A stretch of 64,000 nt of DNA, taken from contig CAYYWY010000002.1 of assembly GCA_964475485.1 (NCBI GenBank), forward strand, positions 104,257 to 168,256, in the 5' to 3' direction. Positions within the stretch are counted from its first letter, which is position 1; each line of letters begins with the position of its first letter. Below, one piece after another: positions 1 through 7,820 of the stretch. The DNA comes from an uncultured Nitrospiraceae bacterium. GTDB lineage: Bacteria; Nitrospirota; Thermodesulfovibrionia; Thermodesulfovibrionales; UBA9159. The notes below the pieces were generated by a model. The model did not search any database and had not been told where the DNA came from. It saw only the letters and a list, made by a program, of their open reading frames with translations. The position numbers and the translations under genes are program-made.

Positions 1-649
1 CCCTGATCCTCTCCATAGCATTCTCTATCTGTGTCGCCCATCCGGACATTTCTTGTTCGAGCGTGATCGGCATGGCATCCATGAGATGGGTCCTGCCCGT
101 TTTCACTGTTGAATTATACTTTCCATGCGTGTTCCTTATCGCGCCCAGTAGCAAATCGAGCGAGGGCAGCAGGAGTTCTTTTACCTGGAGATATGCGGAA
201 ACGTGGATGGCGGTCGGTATCACGTCATTGGAGGACTGCCCCATATTCACATGGTCGTTGGGATGAACAGGTACTTTGGTATTCTTTATGCCGGTAAGTA
301 TCTCGTTTGACCTCGTAGCAATCACTTCATTGACATTCATGTTCGTGGAGGTTCCCGAGCCTGTCTGGAATATGTCGAGGGGGAATTGGTCGGCGAACTT
401 GCCTTCAATAATTTCATTACATGCCTGAATTACGGCGTCCGCCGGGCCTTTGTCGAGGAGGTGGAGTTCCGCATTCACCTCTGCACATGCGAGTTTTATA
501 TAAGCCATTGAGCGGATGAAGGCGGGTGGAAAGGTTATGCCGCTCACAGGAAAGTTCTCCAGAGCCCTCTGGGTCTGGGCTCCCCAGTAGGAATCTTTCG
601 GGACTTTCACCTCCCCAAGAGAATCCTTTTCTATCCTGTAATCTTTCAT
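1..649 (-). CDS. fumC: Class II fumarate hydratase, N-terminal ~216 codons (gene continues past left window edge)
   Basis: Own reverse-strand translation from ATG (cat at 647-649): MKDYRIEKDSLGEVKVPKDSYWGAQTQRALENF...DIFQTGSGTSTNMNVNEVIA...HPNDHVNMGQSSNDVIPT. It has the GSGTSxNMN and GQSSND signatures of the fumarase/aspartase superfamily; WGAQTQR favours FumC over AspA. Not in the ORF track because no stop lies inside the window. Confidence 0.85.
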   Translation of the reverse strand, partial: MKDYRIEKDSLGEVKVPKDSYWGAQTQRALENFPVSGITFPPAFIRSMAYIKLACAEVNAELHLLDKGPADAVIQACNEIIEGKFADQFPLDIFQTGSGTSTNMNVNEVIATRSNEILTGIKNTKVPVHPNDHVNMGQSSNDVIPTAIHVSAYLQVKELLLPSLDLLLGAIRNTHGKYNSTVKTGRTHLMDAMPITLEQEMSGWATQIENAMERIR

Positions 650-720
650 TGAACCAAAAAGCAACCGCGGGCTTCCTCGGCGGGGCGCCCGGGCAACAGC
701 CCATCAGAATCGAGTAACAC

Positions 721-855
721 CCGAATCCAACGATAAGCAGGCTAATTGTTTGTCCAGTCTGTCATTGCGAGCACCCGGCGGGTTCGTGGCAATCTCATTA
801 AGAAAGCCGAGATTGCTTCGTTTCACTCGCGATGACATTTCTTATCGCTGGATTT
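721..855. mobile_element. 135-bp MITE-like palindromic element, copy A
   Basis: Terminal inverted repeats ccgaatccaacgataag (721-737) and cttatcgctggattt (841-855). Flanked by a perfect 9-bp direct repeat GAGTAACAC (712-720 and 856-864). Core hairpin gtcattgcgag...ggcaatctc / gagattgcttcg...ctcgcgatgac at 761-836. The reverse complement of the 76-bp core matches copy D (40610-40685) at 67/76 positions by manual alignment. Confidence 0.7.
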
Positions 856-1286
856 GAGTAACACGTAACGCGCACGAGTGACAGTTATCTAAGTATATCA
901 ATTTCGCAGTTCCATTGCCAGAGGTTTTCCCGTGATTTGCCGATCCTCATTTCGTTATGTACTCCCTCGCTGGAAGGGGATGGGTCGAAATCCACTCACC
1001 GAAAGGGTGGAAGAAGGGTGGAAGGTTGTAAGGAGAAAGAGTTAAGGAGTAGTATTACGGAAAAGGGAAAGGGGGGTGGAACGATGCAGGAAGTGCGGAA
1101 ATTTCTTGCAAAAAAAGGTCTTGAGGCAACCCTGAGACCGGCTGTGCCTGTGGATGCAGGCTCTATAGTAAGGACGATAGAATCAGCCTCGATGGAAGAG
1201 GTATATTTGTTTGACGACCTTGACAGCAGTACATTTTGTGCGATACTTCTCTTATAGGTAAGACCCAAACCGAGGAGGGCTTTTCT

Positions 1287-2057
1287 GTGTCTGGGAAGGC
1301 GATCTGGAAGGGGTATATCAATTTCGGAGATGTCAATCTGCCGGTTGGGCTGCACGCAGCCATTAAAGAAGAGCGGATTCAGTTCCACCTCCTTCACAGG
1401 CGGGATCATGTGAAATTGCGTCAGCAGATGATCTGTGCTTATGAAAAACTACACGTTGCCGTGGAAGAGCAGGTCAAGGGTTTTGAAGTGGAGGATGGGA
1501 AATACATCATCGTCGATCCGGATGAGCTGGAACAAACGGCTCCCGAAAGAAGCCGATTGATCGAAGTGCACGAGTTTGTCAAAATCAGGGAGATCGATCC
1601 AGTCTTCCTTGAGAGAGCCTATTACCTGGCGCCGGGTATTAACTTAAAAGGGTATAACGCGCTTGTCGCGGCTTTGAAGGAAACAGACGCGGCGGGCATC
1701 TGCACCTGGGCCATGAGAAAGAGGTACTATTTCGGAGCCTTGCATGCAAGCGGGAAGATTCTTCGCCTGAATACCCTGCGGCATGCGGACGAGGTTGTTT
1801 CCGTAAGGTCGCTTGAACTGGAGCAAGTTCCCTTGCCTGAAAATGAGCTGAAGATAGGGATCGAACTGATCAATCAGCTGACCGTACCTTTTGAGCCGCA
1901 GAAATTCATAAACGAGCATCGGGCGAAGCTGCATAGTTTGATTGATAAGAAGGCCCGTGGAGAAAGGATAGCAATCCTGCGGCCCAGGCGTCTGAAACCC
2001 ACTGCACCGGATAAGCTGCTTCAGGCTCTTGAGGCAAGTTTGAAGAAGGTCGCATAG
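1287..2057 (+). CDS. ku: Ku protein (NHEJ DNA end-binding), paralogue 1
   Basis: KAIWKGYINFGDVNLPVGLHAAI...KGFEVEDGKYIIVDPDELE...IEVHEFVKIREIDPVFLERAYYLAP: bacterial Ku core. Likely start is GTG 1287, 6 nt after GAGGAGGG. The ORF-track start at 1236 is an upstream extension in the same frame. Confidence 0.85.
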   Translation: MSGKAIWKGYINFGDVNLPVGLHAAIKEERIQFHLLHRRDHVKLRQQMICAYEKLHVAVEEQVKGFEVEDGKYIIVDPDELEQTAPERSRLIEVHEFVKIREIDPVFLERAYYLAPGINLKGYNALVAALKETDAAGICTWAMRKRYYFGALHASGKILRLNTLRHADEVVSVRSLELEQVPLPENELKIGIELINQLTVPFEPQKFINEHRAKLHSLIDKKARGERIAILRPRRLKPTAPDKLLQALEASLKKVA

Positions 2058-2172
2058 AGCAAGAAGCGACGAGCAGGAGTAAGGAGCGAGAAACCGCTTG
2101 GTGATTGCTTTGCTTTGATTTTACTTCCCACTTCTTAATTCATATTTCTTAGTTGTTCGGTGGAGGGATGAG

Positions 2173-2952
2173 ATGGCTGTGCAGGGTATATGGAACGGAA
2201 CTATCAGTTTTAGCCTCGTTGCGATTCCGGTACAACTGGTTAAGGCAGTCGAACCGGGCCGCGTCTCATTTCGTATGCTCCACGACAGGGATTACTCTCC
2301 CCTCCGGAGAAGAATGTTCTGTCCCGAAGAAGAAAAGACGGTTTCTCCGGACGAGATTGTCAGGGGATACGAAATCGGTCCCGGGAAATACATACTGATA
2401 ACCGACGAGGAACTGGAATCACTGTCGCCCGAACGGAGCCGCACTATCGAAATTACGGAGTTTATCGATATAAATGAATTGGATCCGATCTATTATGATC
2501 GCCCTTATTATCTTGTACCTTCGAAGGGGGGCGAAAAGGCATATCGGCTGCTGGTCGAGGTGATGAGCCGGACAAACAGGGCCGGCCTGGCAAAATTCGC
2601 GCTGGGGGAGCGCGAGTATCTAGTGGCGGTCAAGAGCACGGAGGGAGCGCTGGCTTTGTTCACCCTTCATTATCGCGAGGAGATAATTCCTGATGAAGAC
2701 ATCTCTCCGAAGAAAGGGGAATTCGAAGCCGAACAGAAGAGCCGCATAAAGAAATACATCAGGGAAATGATGGCAGATTTTAACCCGGGAAAATACGCGG
2801 ACGAACGCCGGAGACAAATCATGGGTATCCTTAAGAAGAAGGCGAAAGAAAAGGTGCCGGTGGAGGCACCTCAAGTCGAAGGGGAAGAGGCGCCGGCCGA
2901 CCTTGTAGCAGCGCTCAAGGAGAGCATGCGCAAAGTGAAAAAGAACCTGTGA
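2173..2952 (+). CDS. ku: Ku protein (NHEJ DNA end-binding), paralogue 2
   Basis: MAVQGIWNGTISFSLVAIPVQLVKAV...RGYEIGPGKYILITDEELESL...IEITEFIDINELDPIYYDRPYYLVP: bacterial Ku core, clearly diverged from paralogue 1. Its stop overlaps the next gene's start (GTGA at 2949-2952). Confidence 0.9.
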   Translation: MAVQGIWNGTISFSLVAIPVQLVKAVEPGRVSFRMLHDRDYSPLRRRMFCPEEEKTVSPDEIVRGYEIGPGKYILITDEELESLSPERSRTIEITEFIDINELDPIYYDRPYYLVPSKGGEKAYRLLVEVMSRTNRAGLAKFALGEREYLVAVKSTEGALALFTLHYREEIIPDEDISPKKGEFEAEQKSRIKKYIREMMADFNPGKYADERRRQIMGILKKKAKEKVPVEAPQVEGEEAPADLVAALKESMRKVKKNL

Positions 2953-3854
2953 GCCGAAGAGCCATCGACTTGGCGGGGAGGAGACTTTCTTTATCGAACC
3001 TTGAAAAGGATCTCTATCCCTCCTACGGCTTTACGAAAGCCCATGTTCTGGAATACTACCGCCGGGTCGCAGTGTTCATCTTGCCCCATTTGGAGGACCG
3101 GGCATTGACTCTGAAGCGATATCCCGGAGGCGTGGATAAGGAGTTCTTTTTCGAGAAACGTTGCCCGGCTCACCGGCCTAAATGGGTAAAGACGGCGGAA
3201 CTCCTCAGGGAGGAAGGAGATCGGATGACGGTCTGCCTGGTCAATGATCTGGAAGCGCTGATATGGGTTGAGAACCTTGCGTCTCTTGAACTCCATGTGC
3301 CCCTTGCCAAAGCGCGTTCCCCTGAAAAACCCGATTCCATGGTTTTCGATCTCGATCCCGGCGATGGATCTGGCATTGTGGATTGCACAAGGGTGGCGCT
3401 TATACTCAGGGACCTTCTCTCCAATCTGAGGCTTGCAAGCTACGTAAAGACCTCGGGCAAGAGAGGTCTCCATCTCTATGTCCCCCTTAACCGCCTGGAA
3501 ACGAATTTTGAGGATACCCGAGCGTTTTCGAAGACCGTAGCGGAAATGATGCAGAGGAATTACCCGGACCTGGTGACCGCAAGAACGGCGAAGCAATACC
3601 GGAGGGGAAAGGTCTTTATCAACTGGTCTCAAAACGACTCAAGAAAGACGATGGTCTGCGTTTATTCCCTGCGTGCCTGCGAAAAACCGGTCGTTTCTTT
3701 CCCCTTTGCATGGAAGGAGTTGGAGAGTTTGGCCCAGCTGGGTGACCCGGATAAGTTCCAGATCATTCATTCGGAAGCCTTAAGCAGGGTCAAAAAACAG
3801 GGCGACCTTTTTCGGGAGGTGCTCGTGAAAAGGCAGAAGCTTCCTTATCTGTGA
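2949..3854 (+). CDS. Stand-alone LigD polymerase/primase domain protein (NHEJ PolDom)
   Basis: LSNLEKDLYPSYGFTKAHVLEYYRRVAVFILPHLEDRALTLKRYPGGV...MVFDLDPGDG...YVKTSGKRGLHLYVPL...GKVFINWSQN: archaeo-eukaryotic-primase-type LigD Pol motifs (DxD, SGxRGxH). GTG start overlaps the Ku2 stop. Confidence 0.85.
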   Translation: MSRRAIDLAGRRLSLSNLEKDLYPSYGFTKAHVLEYYRRVAVFILPHLEDRALTLKRYPGGVDKEFFFEKRCPAHRPKWVKTAELLREEGDRMTVCLVNDLEALIWVENLASLELHVPLAKARSPEKPDSMVFDLDPGDGSGIVDCTRVALILRDLLSNLRLASYVKTSGKRGLHLYVPLNRLETNFEDTRAFSKTVAEMMQRNYPDLVTARTAKQYRRGKVFINWSQNDSRKTMVCVYSLRACEKPVVSFPFAWKELESLAQLGDPDKFQIIHSEALSRVKKQGDLFREVLVKRQKLPYL

Positions 3855-4203
3855 AGAAGAAAGATCGATATGCAACCGTTGGGGACATTCTCAGGGAGGA
3901 TCATTCAGTAGTCTCCGGTAAGAGTCTTAATGCGGTTTCCGGAGCCAAACAGGGGAAATCCTCCGGGCTGAAGAGGATAAGCCGAATTCGTTTGAGCGAG
4001 ACAATTGAAAGGGAAGACTTAAAGGATGCGCCGGTTAGACCAAGATGCCGGTTGCATGGGTGAAGCCGGAGCTTGTCTGCGAGGTTGTTTTTCACGGCTG
4101 GACCGTCGAGAGGCTTCTGAGACAGCCTTTTTTCCTGCGTTTGCGCGAGGATAAGACCGCGCGCCAAGCGGTTCGCGAAATACCCGGAGAAGACAAAAGG
4201 TGA
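3851..4203 (+). pseudogene. Decayed remnant of an ATP-dependent DNA ligase (LigD ligase domain, C-terminal OB-fold end only)
   Basis: A 70-codon ORF (3851-4063, GTGA-coupled to PolDom) has no ligase adenylation motifs. After a frame change, a 52-codon ORF (ATG 4045 to TGA 4201-4203) reads MPVAWVKPELVCEVVFHGWTVERLLRQPFFLRLREDKTARQAV. This matches the conserved extreme C-terminus of LigD/ATP-ligase OB domains (WV.PELV.EV.F.EWT..G.LR.P.F.GLR.DK). No KxDG region is present. Confidence 0.6.
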
Positions 4204-4244
4204 CAGGTTCACTGATTAAACAAGAATACACGGCTGCTGCATAT

Positions 4245-4271
4245 TTGACTTTTCGGTGCAAACTGTATAAT
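4245..4271 (+). promoter_or_regulatory. Candidate sigma70 promoter (TTGACT, 15 nt, TATAAT)
   Basis: TTGACT at 4245-4250 and a perfect TATAAT at 4266-4271, about 30 nt upstream of ATG 4303. The spacer is short (15-16 nt), hence the modest confidence. Confidence 0.4.
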
Positions 4272-4302
4272 CTTGCTCTATCACTGTTCAGGAGGTATCT
4301 TT

Positions 4303-4695
4303 ATGGCTGATAGGATAAGGGTGGCTCTCATCGGGGCGGGGAGAACCGGCACCCCTCTTCTCAAGGAGTTCCTCAAGTACAGGTATGTGGAGGTTGTCGG
4401 AGTCGCAGACATAAACCCTGCTGCGGAGGGCATAAGGCTTGCAGCAAAGAAGGGGATATTCACGACGACAAAACCCATGGATATCGTGAGGAGGGCTGGT
4501 GACATCGATATCCTGATCGAGGTTTCGGGCGACAGGAAACTCAAGAGGAGTTTGAAGAACCACTTTGAGAAAACCGGGAACAAGAAAACGATCATTATGC
4601 ACGACCTCATAGTGCGTCTTTTTATCAGCGTCTGCACAAAGAAAGCGAAGCTGATCCCGGGCTTCCACCCGGAGGACATAGGAGTAGGAAGTTAA
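4303..4695 (+). CDS. Small NAD(P)-binding Rossmann-fold protein, function unknown
   Basis: MADRIRVALIGAGRTGTPLLKEF...VEVVGVADIN: GxGxxG dinucleotide-binding N-terminus. ATG 4303 is preceded by CAGGAGGT; the ORF-track start at 4273 is an upstream TTG. Confidence 0.55.
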   Translation: MADRIRVALIGAGRTGTPLLKEFLKYRYVEVVGVADINPAAEGIRLAAKKGIFTTTKPMDIVRRAGDIDILIEVSGDRKLKRSLKNHFEKTGNKKTIIMHDLIVRLFISVCTKKAKLIPGFHPEDIGVGS

Positions 4696-4754
4696 TTCGG
4701 GCCGTTTCGCAAAGGTAAATGGGGAAGGGAAGCGTTCATGCTCTCCTTCCTCTT

Positions 4755-5558
4755 TCACTTCAAACCCAGCACGTCCTGCATATCATAAAGGCCGGCCGGT
4801 TTACCATGGACCCATATGGCCGCCTTCAACGCCCCTCTCGCGAAGGTATCTCTACTGGATGCCCTATGGGTGATCTCGATCCTTTCACCCATGCCGCCGA
4901 AGAGCACCGTATGCTCGCCCACTATGTCTCCCGCGCGGATGGTCTGGATCCCTATCTCTTTCTTTGTCCTCTCTCCTATCATCCCCTTTCTCGCATATAC
5001 CGCCACATCATCGAGATCCCTCTTCATGGCATCGGCGATTACCTGCGCCATTTTCATCGCTGTGCCGCTTGGGGCATCTTTCTTCATCCTGTGGTGGGCT
5101 TCGATTATCTCAATGTCGTAGTCGTCCCCCAGAACCCTCGCCACGTCCCGCAGTACCTTCAAGAGAAGGTTCACACCGAGGCTCATATTCGACGCCATGA
5201 CGCAGGGAGTCTTCTTGGCAAGAGCCTCCACTTCACTCATCTGATCCTTTGTAAAACCTGTTGTTCCTATCACCATCGCCTTTCCTCTTTCAGCGGCTGC
5301 CCTCAGGTGTTCGAGAGTCGAGGTGGTGTGGGTGAAGTCAATTACGACATCAGTTTCGTCGAGTACTTCTTCAATGTTGTCACGTAAAATCACGCCTGTA
5401 TCACCTATGCCTGCGATAATCCCGGCGTCTTTGCCGATATCCTTATGGTCCTTTTTTTCGAATGCGCCGGTGAGTTTGAGAGACCCATATTCGCGGGAAA
5501 GTGCTGCAATCCTGCTCCCCATCTTTCCCATAGCGCCCGCAACAGCGATCCTTGTCAT
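4755..5558 (-). CDS. dapB: 4-hydroxy-tetrahydrodipicolinate reductase
   Basis: MTRIAVAGAMGKMGSRI...VVIDFTH...VIGTTGF...EIIEAHHRMKKDAPSGTA...GGMGERIEITHRASSRDTFARGAL. Start at 5558 (cat 5556-5558) with GAGGAGGT upstream. The longer ORF-track version reads through repeat B. Confidence 0.95.
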   Translation of the reverse strand: MTRIAVAGAMGKMGSRIAALSREYGSLKLTGAFEKKDHKDIGKDAGIIAGIGDTGVILRDNIEEVLDETDVVIDFTHTTSTLEHLRAAAERGKAMVIGTTGFTKDQMSEVEALAKKTPCVMASNMSLGVNLLLKVLRDVARVLGDDYDIEIIEAHHRMKKDAPSGTAMKMAQVIADAMKRDLDDVAVYARKGMIGERTKKEIGIQTIRAGDIVGEHTVLFGGMGERIEITHRASSRDTFARGALKAAIWVHGKPAGLYDMQDVLGLK

Positions 5559-5591
5559 GATGACCTCCTCCTTATCAATATCTTTACAGCC

Positions 5592-5682
5592 GTCATTGCG
5601 AGCGGAGTGAAGCAATCTCCGGAGCAAGTAATAATCGGATTGCTTCGTCGTCCCGAACGTCTTCAGGACTCCTCGCAATGAC
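5592..5682. repeat. GTCATTGCGAG...CTCGCAATGAC palindromic repeat, copy B
   Basis: gtcattgcgagcggagtgaagcaatc ... gattgcttcgtcg...cctcgcaatgac. It shares the same terminal and inner motifs (gtcattgcgag, gaagcaatc/gattgcttc) as copies A, C and D. Intergenic between dapB and yacG. Confidence 0.7.
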
Positions 5683-5705
5683 AGCGAGGAACGCCGCTCT
5701 TGTCG

Positions 5706-5903
5706 CTATTGGTCCTTCTTGTCCTTTTCTGCCTTTTCTTGTCTCTCCCCTTCCTCTTCTTTCTTTTCTTCACATTCAATCCTGTAATCTCCCGAAGCCC
5801 ATTTCCCCAGGTCAATGAGCTTGCAACGTTCGGAGCAGAAGGGTCTCCACGGGTTTTCCTCCCATGTGGTAATTCTCTTGCACATGGGGCACGTAATTCT
5901 CAT
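5706..5903 (-). CDS. yacG: DNA gyrase inhibitor YacG (zinc-ribbon protein)
   Basis: [38 protein letters not shown] matches the YacG pattern CPxC...NxxRPFCSxRCxxIDLGxW. Acidic/lysine-rich tail. Confidence 0.85.
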   Translation of the reverse strand: MRITCPMCKRITTWEENPWRPFCSERCKLIDLGKWASGDYRIECEEKKEEEGERQEKAEKDKKDQ

Positions 5904-6427
5904 TCCGCAGTATTGTGAACCGTTCTGTTAATATTTTTCAAGCCTTTGATAAGGAGGTCCGAGGCGAGACCGTTCACCAGACCCGTTATCGTCCCGATGA
6001 GTACGAGGATGGGCGCTATAAGAAGTACCGGCTCGATCTGCCGGACGAACAGTGCATAGGCGAGGAAGAGCTGCGCGAGGTTGTGTAAGAGCGAGCCTAT
6101 GAGGCTCAGCCCTACTGGGCCAAAAATCCCCGGAAACAGGGAGAATGCAGAACCCATGGCAAGAAGGCTTGCCAGCCCCCCGCCCAGGCTCAGGAAAAAA
6201 CCTGGCCCGAGGAACGAACCTGAGAAAATGGAGGCAATTACAACACGGATGAGCGTCACCATCGCTGCGGCCCTGAACCCGAAAAGCATGAATGCTGTCA
6301 AACTTATGATGTTAGCGAGACCTGCCCTTACCCAGGGTATTGGCATAGGGATCAGACTCTCGAACCCGTGAAGGGCAAGCGCATAAGCCGAGAGTATGGC
6401 GATCCGGTATTTATCCTGAGACTGCAT
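5900..6427 (-). CDS. Gx transporter family membrane protein (heptaprenyl diphosphate synthase component I-like)
   Basis: Polytopic Gly-rich membrane protein ([22 protein letters not shown]...[18 protein letters not shown]). It shows the conserved genomic association with NusG-II and ApbE genes, which lie directly upstream here. Confidence 0.7.
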   Translation of the reverse strand: MQSQDKYRIAILSAYALALHGFESLIPMPIPWVRAGLANIISLTAFMLFGFRAAAMVTLIRVVIASIFSGSFLGPGFFLSLGGGLASLLAMGSAFSLFPGIFGPVGLSLIGSLLHNLAQLFLAYALFVRQIEPVLLIAPILVLIGTITGLVNGLASDLLIKGLKNINRTVHNTAE

Positions 6428-6803
6428 CCACTTTCCTGTCCTCCGGTCTTCCCGGCTCCCCCACTATTATATATATCCTTGCTGGAAGGCAGAGGATAAC
6501 CCCCCTGATTATCCACCCCTGGCGCTCACAGAGCCTGTTGGGACATGTGGGATTCACTACCCTGACCTTTCCATTACGTATCTCAACCGTTAAACGGCCC
6601 GAGGCTCCTTCCACATTTACCTTCCTGTCGGACTGCAAAGGATATCTGTAAGTGGCCTTCCCCTCCACTTCTATGATCACCCATTGTGATCGGGGAAGAA
6701 CTTCCTTTATAAAGAAGATGCCGGCGATTGAAGCGCAAAGCAGGAGCAGGAGGAGAATCCTGTCCCCGGGAGTTGTTCCGTTAATTGTTTCCCTGAGGCT
6801 CAA
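6411..6803 (-). CDS. NusG domain II-containing membrane-anchored protein
   Basis: N-terminal TM segment followed by VIIEVEGKATYRYPL...LTVEIRNGKVRVVNPTCPNRLCERQGWI, the typical PF07009-like CPxxxC region. Overlaps both neighbours (operon). Confidence 0.7.
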   Translation of the reverse strand: MSLRETINGTTPGDRILLLLLLCASIAGIFFIKEVLPRSQWVIIEVEGKATYRYPLQSDRKVNVEGASGRLTVEIRNGKVRVVNPTCPNRLCERQGWIIRGVILCLPARIYIIVGEPGRPEDRKVDAVSG

Positions 6804-7776
6804 TGCCGCCCTTCATGGCCGGGCTTGTGTGCATTCTCCCGTCCCTGTCTATGATGAGCCCCTCAAAGCCCATTCGTTTCAAGACGTCCATCCCTTTATC
6901 CGGACCAAGGACGAAGACCGCAGTGGAGAAGGAATCGGCGAAGACCCCCTCGGGCGCCATTACGGTAACACTCCTGCATCCATCAGCAGGGTATCCTGTC
7001 CTCGGGTCGAGAATATGATGGTATCGCTTGTCTCCGATAAAGAAATACCTTTCATAATCCCCTGAGGTTGAGATCGCCATATCCCTCAGCTCCACCGTGG
7101 CCACTATCTCATCATCCTTCCCTTTCTGTCTCGGATTTCGTATTCCGACCCTCCACGGTTTCCCGTCGGGTTTGCTCCCGAAGGCCTTTATGTCACCGGC
7201 AACGGCGACAAGGCCAGACCCGATCCCTGCTGCCCTGAGCGTTTCTACGGCCTTGTCGGCGGCATACCCCTTTGCGATAGCACCGAGGTCCATGAGCATG
7301 CCCTTCTTCCCCAGACCCACGGAGGATTTCTCCCTTTTGACGGTAATCCACCTGTAATTGACGAGGCCCAGCCTTTCCCTGACGGACTCTTCATCGGCTT
7401 TCCTGCCTCCCGGGAAGTCCCACAGCGAGATCTCTGGCCCTATTGTGATATCGAAGGCGCCTCCGGTTTTTTCAGACGTGTAGAGCGCCTTTTCGATCAC
7501 CTCGATTGTCTCAGGAGAAACAGGGGTCTCCTGTACGCCCGCGTTTCTGTTTATGAGAGAAAGCTCGCTCTTTTCCGAGAAGAAGTTGAACAGTCCATCA
7601 AGTCTTCTCACCTCTCCAAATGCCTTCTCCATCGCCCTGTCCGCCTTTTCGGGCGAATCAGCCACCACGGTAACAGTGACAAGCGTATCCATGAGAAGCA
7701 TGGATTTCTTGTAAATACGGTCTTTCTTGGGGGAACATGAAAAAAGAATAGTGGAAACCAGAAAGAAAAAAAGCAT
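6781..7776 (-). CDS. apbE: FAD:protein FMN transferase (ApbE family) lipoprotein
   Basis: LMDTLVTVTV...GGAFDITIGP...DLGAIAKGYAADKAV...ISTSGDYERYF...YHHILDPRTGYPA. Probable start is ATG 7776, giving the lipoprotein signal MLFFFLVSTILFSC. The ORF-track N-terminus (FKVQSLKFKVKG) is translation of the heptamer repeat. Confidence 0.9.
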   Translation of the reverse strand: MLFFFLVSTILFSCSPKKDRIYKKSMLLMDTLVTVTVVADSPEKADRAMEKAFGEVRRLDGLFNFFSEKSELSLINRNAGVQETPVSPETIEVIEKALYTSEKTGGAFDITIGPEISLWDFPGGRKADEESVRERLGLVNYRWITVKREKSSVGLGKKGMLMDLGAIAKGYAADKAVETLRAAGIGSGLVAVAGDIKAFGSKPDGKPWRVGIRNPRQKGKDDEIVATVELRDMAISTSGDYERYFFIGDKRYHHILDPRTGYPADGCRSVTVMAPEGVFADSFSTAVFVLGPDKGMDVLKRMGFEGLIIDRDGRMHTSPAMKGGIEPQGNN

Positions 7777-7782
7777 TCCCTT

Positions 7783-7814
7783 GACTTTGAACTTCAAACT
7801 TTGAACTTTGAACC
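7783..7814. repeat. Tandem heptamer array (AACTTTG-like, ~4.5 copies)
   Basis: gactttg aacttca aactttg aactttg aacc. It fills the short uvrA-apbE spacer just upstream of the apbE start. A related array lies at 43092-43119. Confidence 0.7.
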
Positions 7815-7820
7815 TGTTAA

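Noticed and set aside
63-704. ORF-track entries 63-266(+), 109-297(+) and 417-704(-).
   Set aside because: All lie within, or antisense to, the edge-truncated fumC reading frame (1-649, minus), which has unmistakable fumarase motifs.
937-1409. ORFs 937-1257(+) and 996-1409(-), and a 57-codon ORF MQEVRKFLAKKGLEATL... (about 1084-1257), in the fumC-Ku spacer.
   Set aside because: No recognisable family. They overlap each other and the Ku 5' region. The 57-codon ORF only vaguely recalls a YbaK-like N-terminus, which is too weak to call.
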